Both the position numbers and the translations under genes were made by a program. The notes under the pieces were generated by a model, which did no database searches, had not been told where the DNA came from, and saw nothing but the letters and a program-made list of their open reading frames with translations. From contig CAJFNZ010000116.1 in assembly GCA_904395905.1 (NCBI GenBank), positions 1 to 63,313 of the forward strand: a stretch of 63,313 nt of DNA. Direction: 5' to 3'. Of the stretch, positions 9,100 through 19,000 are shown in pieces. Within the stretch, counting starts at the first letter, position 1, and each line of letters opens with the position of its first letter. Source of the DNA: an uncultured Oscillospiraceae bacterium. Its GTDB lineage: Bacteria; Bacillota; Clostridia; Oscillospirales; Oscillospiraceae.

Positions 9100-10146
9100 T
9101 TATTTTCCGGTCTTCAGATGGGTCATCAGGACGCTGGCGATGTTGTCGCAGGCGGCCTGGATGGTCACCGCGCCGATGTCGTAGGCCACCATGGGCATCC
9201 CGTAGACGACGCAGGAGTCCTTGTCCTGGCCGATGGTGTAGGCGCCGGCCCGGCGCATTTTCAGCAGCCCGTCGGCCCCGTCCCGGCCCATGCCCGTCAT
9301 GATGATGCCGACCATGTGGCATTTCACGGCGGTGGCCATGGAGGTGAACAGGGCGTCCACCGACGGCCGGTGGCCGCTGACCTTTTCCCCCGGCTGACAG
9401 GAGAGGGTGTACCGGCTGCCCATGCGCACCACGCGGCACTGGAGGTCCGCCGGCGCCACCAGGGCCAGGCCCCGGTGAATCTCATCGCCGTGGACGGCCT
9501 CCCGGACCTCCATTTTGCAGAGGCGGTTGAGCCGCTCGGCGTACATCTTGGTGAAGCCCACCGGCATATGCTGCACAATGACCATGCCGGGAATGTCGGC
9601 CGGCAGCCGCTTGAGGACCTCCAGCGTGGCCTCGGTGCCGCCGGTGGAGGCGCCCAGGCCGATGATGGTGTGGTCCAGGTCCACGCCGCGGCTGGCGCCC
9701 AGAGCCGGCGCAACGGCGGCGGGACCGTGGGCGGCGGTGGAATGATGGACTTTGGAACAGGCGGCGGCGGCAATCTTTTGGGCCAGGGCGTCCAAAAAGG
9801 CTTCCCGGCTTTCCACACCGTCGGGCTTGCGGACAAAGTCCACCGCCCCGGCCGCCAGTGCGTCGAAGACCCGCAGGTTCAGGGACGACACCAGGATAAC
9901 CGGCAGCGGATGGGTTGGCAGCAGCTGCTTGAGGAAGTCGATGCCGTTGGTCCCCGGCATTTCGACGTCCAGGGTCATGACATCCGGCTGGAGCTGCTGG
10001 ATTTTATTCAAAGCGTCGTTGGCGTTGATGGCGTAGCCCACGACCTCCAGATTGGGGCGGCCGGAGAGGCCGCGCACAATCATGGTCCGGGCAACGGCGG
10101 AGTCATCCACCACCAGTACCCGAATTTTGTGCTTCGTGGCATACAT
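9100..10146 (-). CDS. cheB: Chemotaxis response regulator methylesterase
   Basis: REC domain 'VLVVDDS...TLDVEMP'. Methylesterase triad motifs GASTGG, VQHM, GRDGA. Confidence 0.97.
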   Translation of the reverse strand: MYATKHKIRVLVVDDSAVARTMIVRGLSGRPNLEVVGYAINANDALNKIQQLQPDVMTLDVEMPGTNGIDFLKQLLPTHPLPVILVSSLNLRVFDALAAGAVDFVRKPDGVESREAFLDALAQKIAAAACSKVHHSTAAHGPAAVAPALGASRGVDLDHTIIGLGASTGGTEATLEVLKRLPADIPGMVIVQHMPVGFTKMYAERLNRLCKMEVREAVHGDEIHRGLALVAPADLQCRVVRMGSRYTLSCQPGEKVSGHRPSVDALFTSMATAVKCHMVGIIMTGMGRDGADGLLKMRRAGAYTIGQDKDSCVVYGMPMVAYDIGAVTIQAACDNIASVLMTHLKTGK

Positions 10147-10174
10147 ATTCCGTTCCTCTTTCCGTCGAGAATTC

Positions 10175-11002
10175 TCACTTTTTGCGATATACGGACGGAG
10201 CCACCGTCTGGAACAGGGGGTTTTGGTTCAGGGACTCCGAGTGGCTGATAAACAGGTACCCCTTGGGCAGCATCGCGTTGCAGAATCGGTTTACCAGGCT
10301 GTCCCGCGTCTCCTGGTTGAAGTAAATCATCACGTTCCGGCAGAAAATCACGTCGAACTTCAGACGGAACCGGATGGGGTCCATCAGGTTGAAGGTGCGG
10401 AAAATCACGTTGTCCCGGATTTTCGGCGAGACGACGTACTGCCCCGGCGTGCTGCCCTTGGTGAAGTACCGGGCAATCCAGGCCTGCGGCATATCGGCCG
10501 GCAGGGAGTAGACGCCGGCCTGGGCCTTGGCCATGGCCTGCTGCGAGATGTCCGTGGCCAGGACCCGGGTGTCCCACTGGTCGGCCTGCGCGCCGAAGAA
10601 TTCTTTGAGGCAGATGGAGAGGGTGTAGGGCTCCTCGCCGCTGGAGCATCCGGCGCTCCAGATGGAGAGGACGCGGTCACGCTTGTGCTTCTCCGCCAGC
10701 TCAGGGAGAATCTGTTCGGAAAAGTACGTGAAATGGTCCTTCTCCCGCATGAAAAACGTGTAATTGGTGGTCAGCTTGTTCAGCACCAGCTCCAAATCGT
10801 CGGGATCTTTGGTGGCGAACAGGTGCTTCAAAAAGGAGCGGAAATCCGAATATCCCCGCTCCTTCAAAGCGTTGGAGAGCCGGCTGGTAATCAGCTGCCT
10901 TTTTTTGCTCAAATCGATGCCGTAGTTCTCTTTCATGAACGCGGCCAGCTGGTGAAAATCGGCGTCTGTAATGGTCAGGTCGTGAAAAAATGTGCCGTTC
11001 AT
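10175..11002 (-). CDS. cheR: Chemotaxis protein-glutamate methyltransferase
   Basis: 'LTTNYTFFMRE', 'IWSAGCSSGEEPY', 'FDVIFCRNVMIYF'. Confidence 0.97.
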   Translation of the reverse strand: MNGTFFHDLTITDADFHQLAAFMKENYGIDLSKKRQLITSRLSNALKERGYSDFRSFLKHLFATKDPDDLELVLNKLTTNYTFFMREKDHFTYFSEQILPELAEKHKRDRVLSIWSAGCSSGEEPYTLSICLKEFFGAQADQWDTRVLATDISQQAMAKAQAGVYSLPADMPQAWIARYFTKGSTPGQYVVSPKIRDNVIFRTFNLMDPIRFRLKFDVIFCRNVMIYFNQETRDSLVNRFCNAMLPKGYLFISHSESLNQNPLFQTVAPSVYRKK

Positions 11003-11019
11003 GGCAATTCCGCCTTCCT

Positions 11020-11478
11020 TTAAGACCGCGTGAGAATCTGAGGGCAGTCAAACACCAGCATCGTCTGCCCGTCGCCCAGAGAACACATCCCGGTGACCAT
11101 GTCCTGGGCGTGCTGCGGCGGCGCGCTGAGGATGGTCTTCCGGTCCACGTCAATCATCTTTTGGACGGTATCCACCAGGATGCCCACCAACGTGTCCTCG
11201 ATGTTCAGGATGATGATGCAGCTGCTCTCGGCGGGCATACGGCCCAACAGCAGCCGCATATCGACGATGGGAAGCACCTGGCCCCGCAGATTGATGATGC
11301 CGCGGATGTACGAGGGGACCAGCGGCAGCGGCGTAATGATGTGGTTTGTGATGATTTCCACGACGTATTCGGCCTTGGTGCCGAACAGCAGGCCGTCCGA
11401 GACAAACAGCAGGTATTTTTCTGTGACAATCTCCGCCTTCGCCCCCAGGGGGTCCGCGTACAGAATCTCTTCATCCAT
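11020..11478 (-). CDS. cheW: Chemotaxis coupling protein
   Basis: 'PLVPSYIRGIINLRGQVLPIVD', 'GILVDTV'. Confidence 0.95.
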   Translation of the reverse strand: MDEEILYADPLGAKAEIVTEKYLLFVSDGLLFGTKAEYVVEIITNHIITPLPLVPSYIRGIINLRGQVLPIVDMRLLLGRMPAESSCIIILNIEDTLVGILVDTVQKMIDVDRKTILSAPPQHAQDMVTGMCSLGDGQTMLVFDCPQILTRS

Positions 11479-11496
11479 GGTGGAATCTCCTCCTTG

Positions 11497-13542
11497 TCAG
11501 ACGGCCGCGAACAGGTTGGCCACATCCAGGATGATGCTGATGTTGCCGTCGCCCAGGATGGTGCAGCCGGAAATGCCGCTTTGTTTGATGTTGAATCGGT
11601 TCAGATAACTGGGCAGGGGCTTGAACACCACCTGCTGCTCTCCCAGCAGCTCGTCCACAAAGAGGCAGTAGGACAGTTCGCCGGCCTCCAGCCAGATGAG
11701 GATGCCGTCGCGGATGTCCGTGCAGCCGTCGGGAATCTGGTAGCGTTCGTTCATCCGGATGACCGGATAGAAATTGCCCATGCACTTGAACAGCTCCCCG
11801 CCGGAGGCGTCGTGGATGAGGTCGGACTCGCGCACCCGGAAGGACTGGCGGATGTTGTGGATGGGAATGGTGAAGATGGACGAGCCCACCGAAACCTCCA
11901 TGCCGTCCATGATGGCCATGGTCAGAGGAATCTTCAGCGTGGTGGTCATGCCCTGGCCCGGCTCGCTGGTGATGGAGACGGTGCCGCCCACGTCTTCCAC
12001 GTTCTTTTTCACCACGTCCATGCCCACGCCGCGGCCGGAAAACTCCGTCACCTCCGTGTTGGTGGAGAAGCCCGGCGTCATCAGGAAGTTCAGGATGTCC
12101 TTGTGGGAATACTCCACGTCCGGGAAGGCCAGGCCGTTGCGGATGGCCTTCTCCAGCACGCCGTCGTAGTTGACGCCCTGGCCGTCGTCCTTGATTTCGA
12201 TGATGACCTCGCTGCCGGCGTGGCGGGCGGAGAGGGTGATTTCCCCCACCGGATCCTTGCCGGCGTTGACCCGGTCCTCGGCGCAATCTTCAATGCCGTG
12301 GTCCATGGAGTTGCGGACAATGTGCATAATCGGGTCGCCGATGGCGTCCACAATGGTCTTGTCCACCTCGGTCTCCTCGCCAATCAGGGTCAGCTTGGCC
12401 TGCTTGCCCAGCTTCTTGGACATATCGCGCACAATCCGGTTCATCTTTTGGAACGTGCTGGACAGCGGCACCATCCGCAGGGACATGGACACGTCCTGGA
12501 GCTCGTCGGTCAGCTTCCGCAGCTGGCGGGCCGATTTCGTAAAGGCGTCCAGTTTCAGGCCCTTCAGGTCCGGCGAGGCGGTGACCATGGACTCGGTGAT
12601 GACAATCTCGCCCACGATGGCAGCCAGCTGGTCCAGCTTGCTCAGGTTGACGCTGATGAGGCTCTCCCGGTGGTGCGCCGCCGGCGTCGCCGTGCCGCCG
12701 GCAGCCTCGGACGGCTTGGCCGGAGCAGGGGCGGGCGCAGGGCGTTCTTCTGCGGCAGGCCGGGCGGGCGGCGCAGGCGGCGCCTCGGGGGCCGGGGCCG
12801 GATGGTCGATGGGCTGGTACGTCCGCACGGAGCCGGCGCCGGTGACGGCGTGGATGGCGTTGTCCCGGTCGGCGGCGTTTTTGAAGTAGAGCATGAAGCC
12901 CGATTCCACTATCTGGGCGGCCGTCGCCGGGTTGGTGGCCACGTCCTCGGGCTCATAGCGGAAGTCCGTCTCGGCGCAGAGATCCCGCACGGCGTTGGCC
13001 AGCATCAGGGCCCGGACGTTCTCCATGCCGCATCCCTCGTCAAAGAACACCTGCAAGGCGTAGGAAAAACCGGCCGGCTCGCCGGGCGCCGGACTGCCGG
13101 CCGGCGCCGCCGCGGCCGCCGAACTGCCGCCGCCCTGAATTTGCTGAATGAAGCTATTAACTTTTTGAAGCAAGCTGTCGATATTCTCAGTAAGGGGTTG
13201 CTCATTTTCGATGTGCTCGACCTCCTGGCGGAAGAAGTCGATGGTCTGGAACAGCAAGTCAAAGAGCTCCGGCCGCTTCTCCTCGGGCACCACCGCCATG
13301 GACTGGTCCCGAATGATGGAGAACAGGTCCTCCGCCCGGTGGGCGATGGTCATGATGGAATTGAATTCCATCATGGCGGAAGAGCCCTTGATGGTGTGCA
13401 TGATACGGAAGATGGTGTTGATATCCTCCTCCGAGAAGCTGTCCTTCTGCTCGGCAGCCAGGACGATGCTGTCCAGCTGCTCGAGCAGGGTGTTTGTCTC
13501 ATAGAGATAGGCATCCAGGATGCTGTCGTTACCACTACTCAT
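11497..13542 (-). CDS. cheA: Chemotaxis histidine kinase
   Basis: HPt 'FRIMHTIKGSS', 'HIVRNSMDHG', 'DDGQG', 'GFST...SGRGVGMDVV', C-terminal CheW-like domain. Start taken at ATG 13542 (RBS AAGGAAGG); 13548 is possible. Confidence 0.97.
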   Translation of the reverse strand: MSSGNDSILDAYLYETNTLLEQLDSIVLAAEQKDSFSEEDINTIFRIMHTIKGSSAMMEFNSIMTIAHRAEDLFSIIRDQSMAVVPEEKRPELFDLLFQTIDFFRQEVEHIENEQPLTENIDSLLQKVNSFIQQIQGGGSSAAAAAPAGSPAPGEPAGFSYALQVFFDEGCGMENVRALMLANAVRDLCAETDFRYEPEDVATNPATAAQIVESGFMLYFKNAADRDNAIHAVTGAGSVRTYQPIDHPAPAPEAPPAPPARPAAEERPAPAPAPAKPSEAAGGTATPAAHHRESLISVNLSKLDQLAAIVGEIVITESMVTASPDLKGLKLDAFTKSARQLRKLTDELQDVSMSLRMVPLSSTFQKMNRIVRDMSKKLGKQAKLTLIGEETEVDKTIVDAIGDPIMHIVRNSMDHGIEDCAEDRVNAGKDPVGEITLSARHAGSEVIIEIKDDGQGVNYDGVLEKAIRNGLAFPDVEYSHKDILNFLMTPGFSTNTEVTEFSGRGVGMDVVKKNVEDVGGTVSITSEPGQGMTTTLKIPLTMAIMDGMEVSVGSSIFTIPIHNIRQSFRVRESDLIHDASGGELFKCMGNFYPVIRMNERYQIPDGCTDIRDGILIWLEAGELSYCLFVDELLGEQQVVFKPLPSYLNRFNIKQSGISGCTILGDGNISIILDVANLFAAV

Positions 13543-13579
13543 GGCCATAACCTTCCTTTGCAAATGGCTTCAATAATAA

Positions 13580-13607
13580 CTATCGGCTAATTTAGGCAAA
13601 AAATAAG
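13580..13607 (-). promoter_or_regulatory. sigma28 promoter of cheA-cheW-cheR-cheB
   Basis: Minus strand CTTA-ttttttgcctaaatta-GCCGATAG; canonical GCCGATA -10 element. Confidence 0.8.
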
Positions 13608-13691
13608 GCGCTGCCGCAAAAAACCCGGCGCCGGACGGCTTGTGCCGTCCGGTTTTCCGGGCGCTGCGGCCGGAATCCGAGGTGATACCCC

Positions 13692-15134
13692 ATGGCTGAC
13701 CTGCTGGGTGCCACAAACCCAGTCCCCAATTTTGACAATACCGGTTACAACCGTTCCGTGCCGGCTGCGGCCCAGACGCCGAGCTCCAATGTGCAGAACA
13801 TCGCGGACCCCACCCGCATCAACCGGGCCGACGGCCGGACGGAGCAGCAGGGGGCCGACAACCCCCTCCAGTCGGGCGCGCTGCGGTATGATTCCAACCT
13901 CCAGGTGTTTCTCCAGCAGCTGCGGGACGCCCCGGACCTGGCGGCCCTGCTGGCCAAGACGGTGGTGCTGCTGCGGGGGATGGCGGCCACGCCGGGCCTG
14001 GCGGAGGGGATTTCCCAGGAGCTGAGCCAGCTGCTGGAATTCCTCCAGATGGACGCCGAGGGCTTTGAACAGTTTTTCCTGAACCAGATGCAGGCGGGCA
14101 ACCGGTTCACCGGCCCCATTTTCTCCCTGCTGCGCCAGGCCTACCAGTCCATCCCGGACGGCCACCTGCGGGAGGCGGTGCTGAATTTCGCCAGGCGGTA
14201 CAGCGATTTTTCCTCCACGAGCCACCTGAGCGAGACGATGACGAGTCTCCTCAAGCAGATGCAGGACTACCTGCCCAAGAGCTGGCGGGGGCAGCTGGCG
14301 GACATGACGGCCCGGCTGGAGAACGGGTTCCAGGCCGGCTCCCGGGCGGAGAACCTGCGGCTGCTCCAGGGGGAGATTCTCCCGTATCTGGGCTCCTATG
14401 TGGAGCGGAGCCACGACATGGGCCGGATCCGCACGATGATCAGCCTGCTGATGCTCAACACCGTCCGCTATGAGAACGGCAGTGAGGAGGGGCTTCTGGC
14501 GGCCTTCCGGCAGCTGAGCGGCTACGGCGACGCCCTGACGGGCCTCAACCAGCTGGACGACGCGGCCATTTTGCGGCTGCTCCGGGAGAACAGCTTCACC
14601 AAGGCGGCCCAGGCCGACCAGTTCGCCCAGCAGCTGGCCAACACGGCCCGGGGAGCGCTCCAGGGCCGGTACGGCGCCGAGGTGCGCGAGGGCTTCCAGG
14701 AGATCCTCCGCTCGCTGCTCATCAATGAGAGCGTCTATATGCCGCTGAACCACATGATGATACCGGTGGAGTGGAACGGGAAACTGCTCTACTCGGAGCT
14801 GTGGGTGGACCCCGACGCGGAGGAGGAGAGTTCGTCCGGAAAGGGCGGATACGGCGAGAAAATCCAGTTTCTCTTCAAAATGGACGTGCAGTCCCTGGGG
14901 TTTGTGGAGATGACCATGGCCGCCCGGAAGGACCAGGTGGATCTGGAGGTCTACGGCCCGGAGAATCTGGAGCGGTGCGGCCAGGTGGTCGCCGAGGACC
15001 TGGCGGAAATTCTCCGCTCCCACGGCCTCACGGGCCGCAGCGTCCGCGTTTCCCACCGGGAGCAGCCGCTGACCCTTACAGAGGTGTTCCCCCACCTATT
15101 TGACGGAAAGAGGAGCGTCAATGTCAAAGTCTAG
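13692..15134 (+). CDS. FliK-like protein (YlqG-like; probable C-terminal hook-length-control/T3S4 domain)
   Basis: C-terminal 'SELWVDPD...FLFKMDVQSLGFVEMTM...VDLEVY' resembles the FliK-C fold. Overlaps a FlhB-C-like gene, as in the ylqG-ylqH arrangement. Confidence 0.6.
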   Translation: MADLLGATNPVPNFDNTGYNRSVPAAAQTPSSNVQNIADPTRINRADGRTEQQGADNPLQSGALRYDSNLQVFLQQLRDAPDLAALLAKTVVLLRGMAATPGLAEGISQELSQLLEFLQMDAEGFEQFFLNQMQAGNRFTGPIFSLLRQAYQSIPDGHLREAVLNFARRYSDFSSTSHLSETMTSLLKQMQDYLPKSWRGQLADMTARLENGFQAGSRAENLRLLQGEILPYLGSYVERSHDMGRIRTMISLLMLNTVRYENGSEEGLLAAFRQLSGYGDALTGLNQLDDAAILRLLRENSFTKAAQADQFAQQLANTARGALQGRYGAEVREGFQEILRSLLINESVYMPLNHMMIPVEWNGKLLYSELWVDPDAEEESSSGKGGYGEKIQFLFKMDVQSLGFVEMTMAARKDQVDLEVYGPENLERCGQVVAEDLAEILRSHGLTGRSVRVSHREQPLTLTEVFPHLFDGKRSVNVKV

Positions 15135-15474
15135 CAATCCAGCGGGCCCTGCGCCCAACCGGGCCGTGGCCCTGCAGTATGGCCCCGGCGCCGGCGCGCC
15201 GGTCATTGTGGCCTCGGGCATGGGGTATCTGGCGGAAAAGATGGTGGAGGTGGCCGCCGAGGCCGGCGTGCCCATCTACGAGGACAACTCCCTGGCAACC
15301 ATTCTCTCCCAGATGGAACTGGGACGGGAGGTGCCCGAGGAGCTGTACCGGGCGGTGGTGGAGATTTACGTGTATTTCCTGAATTTCGACCCCGACGACC
15401 CGGAGAAATACCGGAGGGAGCGGCGGAACGCCGCGGCCAATCTGAAAACCGGGAAGGAGAATCCCACGCCATGA
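15121..15474 (+). CDS. FlhB C-terminal-like protein (EscU/YscU family; YlqH/FlhX-like)
   Basis: 'RAVALQY...APVIVASGMGYLAEKMV..A.EAGVPIYED..LA..L...ELGREVPEELYRAVVEI' parallels the tail of FlhB at 41821. No TM region and no NPTH motif. Confidence 0.88.
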   Translation: MSKSSNPAGPAPNRAVALQYGPGAGAPVIVASGMGYLAEKMVEVAAEAGVPIYEDNSLATILSQMELGREVPEELYRAVVEIYVYFLNFDPDDPEKYRRERRNAAANLKTGKENPTP

Positions 15475-16070
15475 GATATACTTATATAATGGTGGACAGC
15501 CGCGACAGGCCGGTGGCGCGCGTGACCTCGGACGACAGCCTGGATGCGACTGTCTGGCGTGTGTTCGTCAACGACAGCGACCGCAAGGCCGTCCTTTCCC
15601 ACGAGTATGTGACGCTGATGGGTGTGAACGAGAACGTGGCGCCCATGGAGGGCCGCATCTGCAAGTGCGATGGGAACCTGGTCACCATTGAGCCGGTGCG
15701 GCAGCTGGGCAACGAGGTGCGGAACAATCTTCGGATGCCGGTCCGATTTTCCAGCTTTCTGTATCCCGTCACCGGCAGCTGGAAGGGGCGGGCGCCCATT
15801 CTCAGCAACGATTTAAGCTGCGGCGGCGTCGCATTTTTCTGCGCGTGGCCGCTGGAGGTGGGGGAGATTGCCGAAGTGGTGATACCCATCACCAGCGCGC
15901 CGCTGGTGCTGACGGTGCGGATTCTCCGGCAGAGGCCGTCGGGCGAGCCGATTCCGCTGTATGCAGCGGCGTTCGTGGACATGGTCCACGAGGAGGAGGT
16001 CATGGTTCGGGAGGCCGTCTTTGGCTTGCAGCTGCGTTCTGCCTCGGCAGAGGACACAAAGGAAGGATAA
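15471..16070 (+). CDS. PilZ domain protein (c-di-GMP receptor)
   Basis: RxxxR 'RNNLR' and DxSxxG 'NDLSCGG'. ATGA overlap with the upstream gene. Confidence 0.85.
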   Translation: MRYTYIMVDSRDRPVARVTSDDSLDATVWRVFVNDSDRKAVLSHEYVTLMGVNENVAPMEGRICKCDGNLVTIEPVRQLGNEVRNNLRMPVRFSSFLYPVTGSWKGRAPILSNDLSCGGVAFFCAWPLEVGEIAEVVIPITSAPLVLTVRILRQRPSGEPIPLYAAAFVDMVHEEEVMVREAVFGLQLRSASAEDTKEG

Positions 16071-16074
16071 GACG

Positions 16075-19000
16075 ATGAGCACACAGAAAATTTGGAATCA
16101 ACGGGGCCGGGCCGCCGTGGCGCTGGTCCTGTGCGCCGTCCTGCTGCTGTCGCCCTTTGGCGGCGTGGGCGTCAAGGCCGTCTCCACGTATATGGACCCC
16201 TACCTGGACCGGATGGTGGAATACGGGTTCCTCCAGGGGGATACCGGCGGCCTGCGGCCGTACAGTGAAATCACCCGGGCCGAGTTTGCCACCATTGTCA
16301 ACCGGGCCTTCGGGTACAGCCGTCAGGGCGGGCACCCCTTCACCGACGTGCCCGAGACGGCCTGGTACGCCCAGGATGTGGACATCGCCTACACCGAGGG
16401 GTACATCTCCGGCACCTCGGCCAACACCTTCTCGCCCTACGCCAGCCTGACCCGGGAGGAGGCTGTGACCATCATCGGCCGGAACCTGATGCTGGAGCCG
16501 GCCGTGGGCGAGGACATCACCTTTACCGACAGCCGGAATTTGAGCGTCTGGAGCCGCGGGCTGGTGTCCACGGCCGTCCAGTACGGCGTGGTCAGCGGGT
16601 ACCCCGACGGCAGCTTCCGGCCCCGGCAGGCGGTGACCCGCGGCGAGGCGGCCATCATGCTCCTCAACGCCGTGGGCACCCCGGTCCAGACGCCCGGCGT
16701 CCAGAGCCTGGGCAGCGTCTGGGGCAACGTCACCATCACCAGCCCCGGCGTCACCCTCCGGGATACGGTCATCGCCGGCAACCTCTATGTCACGGCCGGC
16801 GTCGGCCTGGGGGACATCCTCCTGGAGAATGTGACGGTGCTGGGGGAGATTGTCGTCAGCGGCGGCGGCCTCAGCGAGCGGGGCGACGACAGCGTGGTCC
16901 TGCGGAATGTCACGTCCCCGCGCCTGGTGGTGGACAACCTCCAGAACCAGCGGGTTTCCGTGCGGGTGGAGGGCGACGGCCTGATTGACCGGGCCGCGAT
17001 TCGCACCGACGCCTTCCTGGCGGACAACACCGACGACGGCCGCGGCATCTCCCTGGTGGAGCTGGACGGCGAAAATGAGACGACGCTGGAGCTGGCCGGC
17101 AATGTCAAAGAGGTCATCAACCGGACGCCGGAGTCCACCCTGTCGGTGGGCAGCGGCCGGGTGGGCACCCTGACGGTGGACGAAGCCGCCGTGGACAGCG
17201 TGCTGCACATCGCCTCGGGCGCCGAGGTGGACACGGTCAACCTGGATGTGGGGACGACCGTCACCGGCGACGGAGACATCGGAACGCTGATTGTCAATGC
17301 CAACGGTTCCACGGTCTCGATGCTGCCCGATGAGATTGTCATCCGCCCGGGCAGCTCCGCCACCATCGACGGGACGACCATGGACAGCGCCGCCGCGGCG
17401 GAGTCCTCCGCCGACCCGCGGCTGCTGTCGGGTTATCCCCAGATTACCGACCTGGCGCCGACCACCGCCACCGCGGCGTTCAGCGGCAACAAGAGCGGCA
17501 CCGTCTACTGGGCCGTGTCGTCGGTGACCGACGGGTCGGTGCCGGCGGACGACCTGATTCAGCCGCCCTCTTACGCCACCAACATCGTCCGCAGCGGCAA
17601 TCTGACCCTGTCCGGCGCCGGCCAGAGCGCCACGGCGCGGCTGACGGGCCTGGTGACGGACGGCTCCTACTATCTCTCGGCGGTCCTGGTGGACGCCCGC
17701 GGCGACCAGAGCCCCTTGAAAGTCATCTCGTTTACGACCCCCGACAACACGGTGCCCGACTTTGCCGACGGCTACCCGTATATGTCCCGGGTGACCAACG
17801 TCTCCGGCCAGGTGACCGTCATGGCGACCAAGACCTGCCGGCTCTACTACGCGCTGCTGCCGGCCGGAGCCGCGGCCCCGACGGAGCAGGACTTCCGGTC
17901 CAACGCCGTCACGGGGAACCTGGGCTTCGGTGTCCTGGACGTGGAGCAGAATACGGCCTACTCCTTTGACGTCAACGACGTGGCCCTGGAGGAGCTGGCG
18001 GAGTACGAGCTGTATCTGTGGCTCACCGACGTGGACGGCGGGGAGAGCTCCCGCATCGAGAGCCTCTCGTTCACCACGGTGGACGGCACGCCGCCGCAGT
18101 TCAACACCGAGCCCACAGTCAACCGGGTGGAGGACAGCTCCGTCGGCCTCTACGCCAACCTGAACGAGGACGGCACGCTCTACTGGGTCCTGGTGGCCCA
18201 GGGCGAGGAGTACCCCAAGCCCCTGGCCAACCAGCCGGGGCCGGTGGACTGGGCCAGCGACACGGCCAAGCTCCAGGTGGCCAACGGCATGAACGCCCTG
18301 GACAGCGGCTCGGTCTCCATGCGGGAGAACCAGGACGTCTCCTTCAACGTCTCCGGCCTGGACGCCGAGACGGCCTACGACCTCTACTATGTGGCCCAGG
18401 ACGAGGCCGGCAACTATTCGGCCTCCATCGGGCGGATTACGATTCACTCCCTGGATGCCAACGCGCCCACGGTGACCCAGGAATTTGACCGGTACAACGG
18501 GACCGACACCACCACGCCGCTGCCGGACACCAACATCCGCCTGGTCTTCAGCGAGACGGTGGAGAATGTGGGCACCAACACCGCCCTGACCGACTACTAT
18601 CAGGACGTCCTGGACGTCCAGGGGACCGGCCAGGAGGCGGCCGCGCGGGAGCAGATGCGCAGCATCCTCAGCAGCAGCATCAAGCTCTACGTGGACACCG
18701 GGAGCGGCCGGCCCGTGGAGGTGGAGGAGGCCATCGAGGGCACCGACAAGATCAACGGCAGCTGGACCATCGACTGGCGGCGGGCGGAAATCACCCAGGA
18801 GGAGGGGCGGACCGTCATCACCCTCCGGACCACCGACGATTTGGAGACCAGCGCCCTGCATCTGGCCAGCGGCGCGGAGTACTACTTTGAAATCCAGGCC
18901 AACACCATCGCCGACACCTCCGACGCCCAGAACGTCATGGGGACGACGGCCCTGGACACCTTCACCACGGTGTTCGCCATCGTCAATCTGAGCAATCCCA

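Noticed and set aside
13595-13625. GGCAAA...CGCAAA words reminiscent of a c-di-GMP-I riboswitch
   Set aside because: There is no P2 stem with GNRA loop between the words and no tetraloop receptor; the segment is explained by the cheA sigma28 promoter on the other strand.
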